DNA from: Candidatus Marisimplicoccus framensis
GTDB taxonomy: Bacteria; Bacteroidota; Bacteroidia; Flavobacteriales; Flavobacteriaceae
Reading direction: 5' to 3'
Assembly (NCBI GenBank): GCA_905182065.1
Contig: CAJIZN010000002.1
Span: 7,175 to 71,174 of the forward strand
Length of the DNA stretch: 64,000 nt
Made by a program: the position numbers and the translations under genes. The notes beneath the pieces were generated by a model. It saw only the letters and a program-made list of their open reading frames with translations, was not told the origin of the DNA and did no database searches. This document shows positions 18,564 to 26,248 of this stretch, one piece after another; the stretch's first letter is position 1; every line of letters begins with the position of its first letter.

Positions 18564-19625
18564 ATGAATAACTCCTCCATTTCATCAGCATCTGAGTATA
18601 GACCTAAAGTATTTAGTGATATGATTGGACAAGATGCAATTGTAAAAACTCTTTCTAATGCTATAAAGAATGATAATATTCCTCAAGCATTACTTTTTTG
18701 TGGTCCTAGGGGTGTGGGCAAAACTTCATGTGCAAGAATACTTGCAAAAACAATTAATGATTTAAAAGAAAACTTCGAATATAATATTTTTGAACTCGAT
18801 GCAGCTTCAAATAACTCAGTAGAAGATATAAGAAGTATTACTGATCAGATAAGAATACCTCCTCAGATTGGAAAGTATAAGGTGTATATAATTGATGAAG
18901 TTCATATGCTTTCAAATGCTGCATTTAATGCCTTCTTAAAATCATTAGAGGAACCTCCAAAGCATGTTGTGTTTATTCTAGCTACAACAGAAAAAAATAA
19001 AATTATTCCTACAATATTGTCAAGATGTCAAATTTATGACTTTAAGAAAGTTGATATAGAATCTATAACTAAGCTGTTGTCAAATATTTGTAAAGACAAA
19101 AAAATTAAGTTTGATGAAAATTCATTATCGTTAATTGCTCAAAAATCTGATGGCTCCATAAGGGATTCTCTTTCAATGTTTGACAGATTAGTTAGCTTTA
19201 CTGATTCTAATCTAACTATAAATGAAGTAACTACAAATCTAAATGTTTTAGATTATGAAACATATTTCGAGTTATCAACTTTAATTATTAGTAAAGATAT
19301 ACCAGGAATTTTAACTATATATAACGATATATTTGTTCGCGGATTCGATGATGTAAATCTCTTAAATGGTTTATCCCGACATCTAAGAGAAATACTTATT
19401 TCTAAACTGGGTTCTTCTGATAAATTGTCTGATTTAAAAAATGAATTAAACTTAAAATATATAGAGCATGCAAATGAATTCTCTGATGAAAATTTAATTT
19501 TAATGATTGAAATTATTAATGACTCATTGATAAATTATCAAAAAATTAATGATAAAAGAATTCACACTGAACTTTGCTTAATGAGATTAGCTTCAATAGA
19601 AAGCGTTAAAAAAAAAAATCTTTAA
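18564..19625 (+). CDS. dnaX: DNA polymerase III subunit gamma/tau, zero-frame product (353 aa, domains I-III)
   Basis: YRPKVFSDMIGQD, Walker A GPRGVGKTS, DEVHMLS, and SRC motif (LSRCQIYDF). Likely start is ATG 18564, since the ORF-track upstream extension is AT-rich junk. Terminates two codons after the A11 run. Confidence 0.92.
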   Translation: MNNSSISSASEYRPKVFSDMIGQDAIVKTLSNAIKNDNIPQALLFCGPRGVGKTSCARILAKTINDLKENFEYNIFELDAASNNSVEDIRSITDQIRIPPQIGKYKVYIIDEVHMLSNAAFNAFLKSLEEPPKHVVFILATTEKNKIIPTILSRCQIYDFKKVDIESITKLLSNICKDKKIKFDENSLSLIAQKSDGSIRDSLSMFDRLVSFTDSNLTINEVTTNLNVLDYETYFELSTLIISKDIPGILTIYNDIFVRGFDDVNLLNGLSRHLREILISKLGSSDKLSDLKNELNLKYIEHANEFSDENLILMIEIINDSLINYQKINDKRIHTELCLMRLASIESVKKKNL

Positions 19626-20176
19626 TTAAGACTACAGACCTTAAAATTCTAAATAAAGATGAAAATCAAGAAATAGAAGTCACAGAAGTTAAAACAGATC
19701 AGAAATTATTTACTCCACCTAGTTCAAAAGGTGTTTCATCTCTTTCTTTAGCTAGTTTAAATTTTATAAAATCTACAGAAGATAAAAATGAATATAAGCA
19801 GGATGATCTACCTTCAGATAGTTTTACAGAAAATGATTTCTTAGTAGTTTGGAAAAAATTCTGTGATCTAGAAAAAAATAAAGGAAATAATAATATTCTT
19901 TCTTTATTAAATATGAATAATCCACAAATTATTGATAATACTATAATAATATCTACGATCAATAAGATGAATTTTAAAGAAGTTAAAGAATATAAAAACA
20001 CAATTCAAACATATATATCAAAAGAATTGAATAATTATTCAATCTTGGTAGAGGTTAAATTATCAGAAGAAATTACTAAAAAGTCATATATTGATAATAA
20101 GGAGAAGCTAGAAATAATAATAAAGAATAATAAAGATATAGGTAAGTTGATTGATGAGTTTAAATTAAGAATTTAG
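19610..20176 (+). CDS. dnaX: DNA polymerase III tau-specific C-terminal extension (-1 frame relative to 18564-19625)
   Basis: The -1 frame is open from the A-run to 20176 (189 codons: KSLIKTTDLK...FTENDFLVVWKKFCDLEKNKGNNNILSLLN...). The composition looks coding. Confidence 0.75.
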   Translation, partial: KKKSLIKTTDLKILNKDENQEIEVTEVKTDQKLFTPPSSKGVSSLSLASLNFIKSTEDKNEYKQDDLPSDSFTENDFLVVWKKFCDLEKNKGNNNILSLLNMNNPQIIDNTIIISTINKMNFKEVKEYKNTIQTYISKELNNYSILVEVKLSEEITKKSYIDNKEKLEIIIKNNKDIGKLIDEFKLRI

Positions 20177-21061
20177 TTTATTGCCATTTTTTTCATAAAA
20201 TATTTCGTTGATCATACCATCTACAAGACCTACTTTAGGTACAAATATTTTATTAGAGCTAACAGATTCCATCGTAGTTATGAATATTTTCAAAGCAGGA
20301 ATAATTACATCTGCTCTATCTGGATTTAAATCAAATCTTACCATTCTTTCTTGGTAATTATACCTAGTTAAGGTGTTATACAAATCTTTTAATGAAAGAT
20401 ATGAGATGGGTTTACCAATCTTTGACCCTGTCATGGATTGAATTTTATTAATATTCCCTCCTGTGGCAAATAATTTAATCTTATCCTGATCATCTAAACA
20501 TGAATCTAACCAAGATTTGATATCAATAAACATTCTTTCATCTACTAGGTTATTAAGAAGTCTAACAGTACCTATTTTAAAAGATTTAGATTTCTTTTCA
20601 ATACCTTTTCTTAAAATTGAGAACTCCGTACTTCCTCCTCCAACATCTACATATAAAAAAGTCCTATTGAATTCAATTTTTTCAAGAGAATTACCTTTTG
20701 AAATAATTTTTGCTTCCTTAAGACCTGAAATAATATTTATTTTCAAGCCAGTAGTTTTTTTAATTTCAAATATTACATCTTTATGATTTTTTGACTCTCT
20801 TAAAGCTGAGGTAGCATAAATTTGGTAATCTTCAACTTCATGTACATTCATTATATATTTAAATGAAAGAATAGCATTTGAAAGTTTATGAATTTTAGAG
20901 TTCGATATTAAACCATCTTTAAAAGAATCTTCACCAAGTCTAATTGGTAACCTTAAATATGAATTTTTTTGAAAAATAATTTTTTCTCCTGAAGGAATAA
21001 CATAACAAATAAGCATTCGTACGGCATTAGATCCAATATCAATAGCAGCAATTCTTTTCAA
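20165..21061 (-). CDS. ppx: exopolyphosphatase (Ppx/GppA family)
   Basis: AAIDIGSNAVRMLI and VDVGGGSTEF are ASKHA phosphate-binding motifs. Lies immediately downstream of ppk. Confidence 0.88.
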   Translation of the reverse strand: MKRIAAIDIGSNAVRMLICYVIPSGEKIIFQKNSYLRLPIRLGEDSFKDGLISNSKIHKLSNAILSFKYIMNVHEVEDYQIYATSALRESKNHKDVIFEIKKTTGLKINIISGLKEAKIISKGNSLEKIEFNRTFLYVDVGGGSTEFSILRKGIEKKSKSFKIGTVRLLNNLVDERMFIDIKSWLDSCLDDQDKIKLFATGGNINKIQSMTGSKIGKPISYLSLKDLYNTLTRYNYQERMVRFDLNPDRADVIIPALKIFITTMESVSSNKIFVPKVGLVDGMINEIFYEKNGNKLNS

Positions 21062-21062
21062 A

Positions 21063-22340
21063 TCAATTTAAGGTGTTTTTAAAATAAGAGTAAGTATCCC
21101 ACTGTGATCTATTTTTTTTCTGTGAATTATTTACAAATTTATTTTGGGATAAATCATTAATTATTCTAGTTTTTACATTATCATTATTACTTATTTCCAG
21201 TGTATCAAGTATTTGTTTTTTAAGGTCCTCTGAATAAATAGGACATGCTACCTCAACACGTTTTTCAATATTTCTAGTCATTAAATCTGCAGAAGATATA
21301 TACACTTTTTTATCACCACCATTTTCAAAAACATAAACTCTGGAATGTTCAAGATATTTATCTACAACACTTTTGACAACAATATTATCACTAAAACCAA
21401 TTTTATTTGGAACCAAACAACATATACCTCTAACTAATAGGGTGATTTTAACACCAGATCTACTTGCTTCATAGAGTTTATCTACAAACTTATAACTAGT
21501 AAAACTATTCAACTTTAAAATTATATTTCCTTTTAATCCATTTTTTACATTAGAAATCTCGTTATCAATGAGTTTAAATAATTTTTTAGAAGTCTGGTGA
21601 GGTGAGACAATTAAATGTTTATAATCATGGATTTTATAGTTTGCTTTAAGAAAAGAAAATACTTTATGAACTTCTTTTAAAATCTTTTGATTAGATGTGA
21701 ATAATGTAAAGTCTGAGTAAATTTTAGCTGTAGATTCATTAAAATTACCAGTACTAATAAACCCATAATATCTTTTTTTATCCCCTTTAAACCTCTCAAT
21801 TAAACATATTTTAGAATGAACTTTTAAACCTTTAACACCAAAAATTAAATCAACTCCAGAAGCCTTAAGTTGTTGTGAAACCTTTATGTTGTTTTCTTCA
21901 TCAAATCTTGCTTGAAGTTCAATTTGAACTAAAACCTTTTTACCATTTTTAGCTGCATTTATAAGAGAACTAATAACATTAGATTTTTCTGAAAGCCTAT
22001 ATAGGGTAATTTTAATCGACTTAACACTAGGGTCTATTGCTGATTGTCTTAAAACTGATACTAAGTAAGAAAATGAATGATAAGGTGTGTACATTAAGTA
22101 ATCTCTGCTTAACATTTGATCCAGAAGATTAGATTCTATCTTAAAATCTTTGATGTCTAAAGATTCTTCCTTAGGATACAATAAATCTGATCTTTGTAAA
22201 TCTGGGAAATTCATGTAGTCACTTCTATGATGATATTTACCTCCAGGAATTAAACTATCATATGATGTGATTTTTATCTTCTTAATTAAATACGCTAGGG
22301 TTGGATTAGAAATACTTTTATCATAAACAAGTCTAACGGG
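21063..22340 (-). CDS. ppk: polyphosphate kinase 1, C-terminal fragment
   Basis: Frame is open from 22340: PVRLVYDKSISNPTLAYL...LIPGGKYHHRSDYMNFP...HSKICLIER...SSADLMTRNIEKRVEV. These are the PLD-like PPK1 C-domains. Confidence 0.9.
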   Translation of the reverse strand, partial: PVRLVYDKSISNPTLAYLIKKIKITSYDSLIPGGKYHHRSDYMNFPDLQRSDLLYPKEESLDIKDFKIESNLLDQMLSRDYLMYTPYHSFSYLVSVLRQSAIDPSVKSIKITLYRLSEKSNVISSLINAAKNGKKVLVQIELQARFDEENNIKVSQQLKASGVDLIFGVKGLKVHSKICLIERFKGDKKRYYGFISTGNFNESTAKIYSDFTLFTSNQKILKEVHKVFSFLKANYKIHDYKHLIVSPHQTSKKLFKLIDNEISNVKNGLKGNIILKLNSFTSYKFVDKLYEASRSGVKITLLVRGICCLVPNKIGFSDNIVVKSVVDKYLEHSRVYVFENGGDKKVYISSADLMTRNIEKRVEVACPIYSEDLKKQILDTLEISNNDNVKTRIINDLSQNKFVNNSQKKNRSQWDTYSYFKNTLN

Positions 22341-23104
22341 TTACTTATTTTTCTCTTATTAACATATTCTTGAATTTTTTTGATGTAACTCTTGGACAAA
22401 TCCATATCATCAATATCAAACTCAGCACTTCTAGTAATTTTTAACATGTGTGCCTCAATATGTGAATAATTAAGAAAACTAAAAATAATCTCTAGATGAT
22501 ATCTAATTATATCATCAATAAGCATGATATATTGTTTATTATCCTTTTTGGGAAGGACAACAAACCTACTTATATCACTTGGTATCTCAACTAAAGCATA
22601 AATATTGGTATTATCAACTAGCTTTATATTTGTTATTAGAAAAGCCTTATTGTCTTTAAAGTCATGAAGTTTATTATTTGATAAAATAACAGTAACTAAT
22701 GCAGGACTAATTTTTCTAATAAAATAATCCTTTAAAAATTCTTTATGAGATTCTATTACTTCTTTTTCATTAATAAAAACAATATTTTCTTTTTTTAATG
22801 ATTTTTCAATTGAATCTAGAATTAATGAGCTTTCTGATTGAAGATTAATAACTTTAGATGTTATTTCATCTAGAAGTTTTTTAGCAGCAATATTATCTTT
22901 ATTATTTTTTGCGTTTGGTTTAGTATCAGCTATTCTTTTGACGGTTGCATACCTAACTTGAAAAAATTCATCTAAATTATTAGAAAAAATACCTATAAAC
23001 CTTAATCTTTCAAGAATTGGAACATCTTTATTAGATGCTTCCTGGAGAACTCTTGCATTGAAATCTAGCCAACTCAGCTCTCTATTTATATATCTAGATT
23101 CCAC
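22295..23104 (-). CDS. ppk: polyphosphate kinase 1, N-terminal fragment (frame break at the CCC run, plus-strand 22338-22340)
   Basis: YINRELSWLDFNARVLQEA...PILERLRFIGIFSNNLDEFFQVR is the canonical PPK1 N-terminus. Confidence 0.9.
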   Translation of the reverse strand: MESRYINRELSWLDFNARVLQEASNKDVPILERLRFIGIFSNNLDEFFQVRYATVKRIADTKPNAKNNKDNIAAKKLLDEITSKVINLQSESSLILDSIEKSLKKENIVFINEKEVIESHKEFLKDYFIRKISPALVTVILSNNKLHDFKDNKAFLITNIKLVDNTNIYALVEIPSDISRFVVLPKKDNKQYIMLIDDIIRYHLEIIFSFLNYSHIEAHMLKITRSAEFDIDDMDLSKSYIKKIQEYVNKRKISNPLDLFMIKVFLIQP

Positions 23105-23582
23105 TTTTTAAATTATTTGTGTAAGAAATTGGCTTTAATTTTAAAATATCAGACCAACTATTAGAATCAAATTTCATAGAGAACCACCTTGCTGTTGGTA
23201 AATTTAAAATTTTATTTTCAGAAAAATAATTTGAAATATCAGTATATGCAGGATTATGTCCAACTAAAACAACTTCTGAATAGTTGTTTTCAATCTTTTT
23301 AATAAAATCGAATACTTCATTATGATTAAATGTGTATAAGTCTTCACTGAGTCTGATTTTATTGTAATTAATGGATAAATGTCTAGCTAAAATTAAACAA
23401 GTATGTATAGCTCGATTAGCAGTACTTGAAAAGATTATATCAGAATTAATAAATTGATCCTTCGATAATTTAGCTAATTTTTTGATTTTTTCAATTCCAA
23501 CTTCGTTTAATGGCCTATCTATGTCTTCTAAAATATAATCCCATGAAGATTTTGAATGTCTTAAAAAAGTTATGGTTTTCAT
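23094..23582 (-). CDS. histidine phosphatase family protein (SixA-like)
   Basis: RHS motif (ITFLRHSKS) and a second catalytic His (LVGHNP). 162 aa. Overlaps the ppk start. Confidence 0.75.
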   Translation of the reverse strand: MKTITFLRHSKSSWDYILEDIDRPLNEVGIEKIKKLAKLSKDQFINSDIIFSSTANRAIHTCLILARHLSINYNKIRLSEDLYTFNHNEVFDFIKKIENNYSEVVLVGHNPAYTDISNYFSENKILNLPTARWFSMKFDSNSWSDILKLKPISYTNNLKSGI

Positions 23583-24220
23583 TAAGGTGACAATATATTA
23601 TGTTCCCATTTACCGTCTCTTAAATTAGAAATTACTCTATTGTGAAGTCTATTTTCTCTTCCCTGCCAAAATTCTATTTCTTGAACAACTAATTCTATCC
23701 CACCCCAATGATTTGGTCTATTTAAGTTTGAACCTTTATTTTCTTTTAAAAATTCATCATATTTGATTAACAAATCGTCATAACTTGAGATTATTTGACT
23801 TTGATTAGAGACTATTGCACCTACCTGACTAGAGAAAGGTCTAGATTTAAAATAAATATCTGAGTATTTATCTGAAGTTTTTTTAGCAATACCCTTAAAA
23901 ATTACTTGTCTTTCTAGAGGTGCCCAATAAAATGATGCACAAATGTTAGGATTTTCATCTATTGCCTTTCCTTTTTTACTTTTATAGTTGGTGAAAAATA
24001 TCAAACTATTATCTTTTATTTCCTTTAATAAAACAACTCTTGAAGATGGTTTATTACTTTCGTCAACAGTTGAAACAGTCATAGCGTTTGATTCAACTAT
24101 TTGATCTGATTTTTCAGCTTCTTTAAACCATTTTTTAAAAAAATCTATAGGATTATCTCCAATTTCATCTAGACTTAAAGAATCTTTATCGTAAAGTTTT
24201 CTATGATTAAATAACTTCAT
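23582..24220 (-). CDS. pdxH: pyridoxamine 5'-phosphate oxidase
   Basis: MTVSTVDESNKPSSRVVLLKE...FFTNYKSKKG...RQVIFKG...IEFWQGRENRLHNR are PdxH family motifs. Confidence 0.9.
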   Translation of the reverse strand: MKLFNHRKLYDKDSLSLDEIGDNPIDFFKKWFKEAEKSDQIVESNAMTVSTVDESNKPSSRVVLLKEIKDNSLIFFTNYKSKKGKAIDENPNICASFYWAPLERQVIFKGIAKKTSDKYSDIYFKSRPFSSQVGAIVSNQSQIISSYDDLLIKYDEFLKENKGSNLNRPNHWGGIELVVQEIEFWQGRENRLHNRVISNLRDGKWEHNILSP

Positions 24221-24222
24221 TA

Positions 24223-25161
24223 TTAATTAATTGAAAAATTCATTTTTGATGCAAGTAAATAGATTATAGCCATTCTTATTGCAACACCGTTCTCTACTTG
24301 ATCTAAAATAATAGAATTATTTGAATCTACAATATCAGATGTAATTTCAACACCTCTATTAATTGGACCAGGGTGAAGAATCAAAATATCCTTTTTTATT
24401 TTATTTAATTTGTTAATATCTAAACCAAAAAGCATAGAATATTCTCTATCGTTTGGGAAATATGATTTTATCATCCTTTCTCTTTGTACTCTTAGGACAT
24501 TGACAGCATCACACCATTTCAAAGCTTTCACTATATCTGTTTCAACAGATAGATTAAGTTTTTCAATATCTTTTGGAAGAAGACTTAATGGGCAAGATAA
24601 CTTCACATTGGCACCTAGAAGATTCAGAACATAGATATTTGATAAAGCTACTCTAGAGTGAAGAATATCTCCTACAATTAAAATATTTTTACCCTTTAGA
24701 TCTTCTAAATTTTCATATAATGAGAATGAGTCTAGTAATGCCTGAGTCGGATGTTCATGAGAACCATCTCCAGCATTCACGATACATGAATCTGTATGCT
24801 GAGATAGCAGAAATGAAGAACCTGGATTAGGATGCCTAAGAACTATCATATCTACTTTCATTGCAAGTATATTATTTACAGTATCAATTAATGACTCCCC
24901 TTTTTTAACTGAAGAAGAAGAACTTGTAAAATTAATTATATCTGCACCTAATCTTTTTTCTGCTAATTCAAAAGATATTTTTGTTCTAGTACTGTTTTCA
25001 AAGAATAGATTAGCAATTGTAATATCTCTTAGAGTTGGGACCTTTTTAATTGGCCTATTTATTACTTCTTTGAAATGTGAAGCAGTCTTGAAAATAAGAT
25101 TTATATCACTCTTACTTAAAGATTTTATTCCTAAAAGATGATTAACACTTAGCTTATCCAT
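24223..25161 (-). CDS. pyrB: aspartate carbamoyltransferase catalytic subunit
   Basis: FFENSTRTKISFE (STRT carbamoyl-phosphate site), HEHPTQALLD, LHPGP. Confidence 0.93.
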   Translation of the reverse strand: MDKLSVNHLLGIKSLSKSDINLIFKTASHFKEVINRPIKKVPTLRDITIANLFFENSTRTKISFELAEKRLGADIINFTSSSSSVKKGESLIDTVNNILAMKVDMIVLRHPNPGSSFLLSQHTDSCIVNAGDGSHEHPTQALLDSFSLYENLEDLKGKNILIVGDILHSRVALSNIYVLNLLGANVKLSCPLSLLPKDIEKLNLSVETDIVKALKWCDAVNVLRVQRERMIKSYFPNDREYSMLFGLDINKLNKIKKDILILHPGPINRGVEITSDIVDSNNSIILDQVENGVAIRMAIIYLLASKMNFSIN

Positions 25162-25698
25162 TTAACTTTCAATATATATAACGTTATCCTTTAATTTATC
25201 TCCCCATACAACTTTTACCCTGTCCCCTTTAAAAGTATCAATTTTTGCTCCACAGTAATTAGCTTGAATTGGTATTTCCCTCTTAAATCTTCTGTCTATT
25301 AAAACTAGAAGTTCAATTGATTTAGGTCTTCCATATGTATCAATTGATGACATGGCTGCTTTAATACTTCTTCCAGTAAATAAAACATCATCAACTAATA
25401 CAACATTTTTGTTTTCAATTGAGAAATCTATTTTAGAAGAACTAGCAGAGAGAGTTTTCTCTGATCTTCTAAAGTCATCTCTAAAAAAAGTATAATCTAG
25501 AATACCACTTTTAATTTTAAGTTTAGAGTGATCTCTTTTAAATATTTCTAAAATTTTATTAATCAAAAAAACACCTCTAGGCTGAAGTCCTAGCAATACT
25601 GTATTTTCAAAGTTTTTATGGTTTTCAATTAATTGATAAACAAGTCTACTTAGTATTATTTCAATTTTTTTTGAATCTAAGAGGATTTTGTTTGACAT
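25162..25698 (-). CDS. pyrR: bifunctional pyr operon regulator / uracil phosphoribosyltransferase
   Basis: PRPP-binding motif VVLVDDVLFTGRSIKAA. Lies directly upstream of pyrB with no gap. Confidence 0.88.
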   Translation of the reverse strand: MSNKILLDSKKIEIILSRLVYQLIENHKNFENTVLLGLQPRGVFLINKILEIFKRDHSKLKIKSGILDYTFFRDDFRRSEKTLSASSSKIDFSIENKNVVLVDDVLFTGRSIKAAMSSIDTYGRPKSIELLVLIDRRFKREIPIQANYCGAKIDTFKGDRVKVVWGDKLKDNVIYIES

Positions 25699-25744
25699 GA
25701 TATATAATTAATACAAAAATATAAATTTTAAAGTTTAAAGTTTT

Positions 25745-25776
25745 AATAAAAAAAAATCCCCAAAAATTGAGGATTT
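25745..25776 (-). terminator. Rho-independent terminator after rpsA
   Basis: Minus strand reads AAATCCTC-aattttt-GGGGATTT, an 8-bp stem with one G-U pair. A long T-run follows (plus-strand A-run 25748-25756, partly in the stem). It begins 8 nt after the rpsA stop. Confidence 0.7.
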
Positions 25777-25783
25777 AAAAAAT

Positions 25784-26248
25784 TTATTTTTCATCTTTTT
25801 TCTTGGATTTCTTTTCCTTGACTTTTTCTTCGTCAACAGTTTCTTTCTTGGATTTCTTTTCCTTGACTTTTTCTTCGTCAACAGTTTCTTTCTTGGATTT
25901 CTTTTCCTTGACTTTTTCTTCGTCAACAGTTTCTTGAGATGAATCGTTATGAGTCTGCAAATGAGAAACAACTACTCTCTTAAATTCCTTACTAAACTCA
26001 ATAACTATGAATTGAGCAGATTCACCTTGTTCTAATTTTGATCCATCTTTTTTCTCTAAATGTCTTGCAGGAGAGAAAGCAGAAATATCATCATTGAAGT
26101 TTATAATAGCTCCTTTTTCAATTATTTCAGAAACTTTAGATTCATGAGTAGTATCTACAGCAAATTCTTTTTCATAAACATCCCATGGATTTGGTTTAGT
26201 TTGTTTATGCCCTAGACTAAGTTTTCTTCCTTCAACATCTAAGATCAA
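25784..26248 (-). CDS. rpsA: 30S ribosomal protein S1, C-terminal fragment with lysine-rich repeat tail
   Basis: DVEGRKLSLGHKQTKPNPWD... is the last S1 motif, followed by (ETVDEEKVKEKKSKK)x3. The join to the upstream fragment is at about 26239-26243. Confidence 0.9.
   Translation of the reverse strand: MILDVEGRKLSLGHKQTKPNPWDVYEKEFAVDTTHESKVSEIIEKGAIINFNDDISAFSPARHLEKKDGSKLEQGESAQFIVIEFSKEFKRVVVSHLQTHNDSSQETVDEEKVKEKKSKKETVDEEKVKEKKSKKETVDEEKVKEKKSKKKDEK
25801..25935 (-). repeat. perfect 45-bp tandem repeat x3 inside the rpsA 3' end
   Basis: The unit tcttggatttcttttccttgactttttcttcgtcaacagtttctt occurs at 25801-25845, 25846-25890 and 25891-25935 without a mismatch. Confidence 0.95.

Noticed and set aside
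19699-20001. 100-aa minus-strand ORF
   Set aside because: It is antisense to the tau-specific extension of dnaX, which has a much more protein-like translation and continues the dnaX gene.
25801-25935. CRISPR-like array
   Set aside because: The repeats are directly abutting with no spacers, lie in frame within rpsA, and have no cas genes nearby.
25735-25971. 78-aa ORF with a KKLLTKKKSRKRNPR x3 repeat
   Set aside because: It is an off-frame reading of the 45-bp tandem repeat inside rpsA. It also runs through the rpsA terminator.
26239-26243. Recurrent T-A-GA context at three frame breaks: CTT AGA T in rpsA, CTT AGA C in the kinase at 36537-36541, and TGT AGA T at 36595-36602. It resembles the Ty1-type CUU-AGG-C programmed +1 frameshift site.
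   Set aside because: AGA is the common Arg codon in this AT-rich genome, and a tRNA-Arg(TCT) is encoded in the window, so no hungry-codon pause is expected. The TGT case cannot re-pair in the +1 frame. Each site is equally explained by a one-base overcall in an adjacent dinucleotide run (TT or CC). Other breaks in the window have unrelated contexts and both shift directions.
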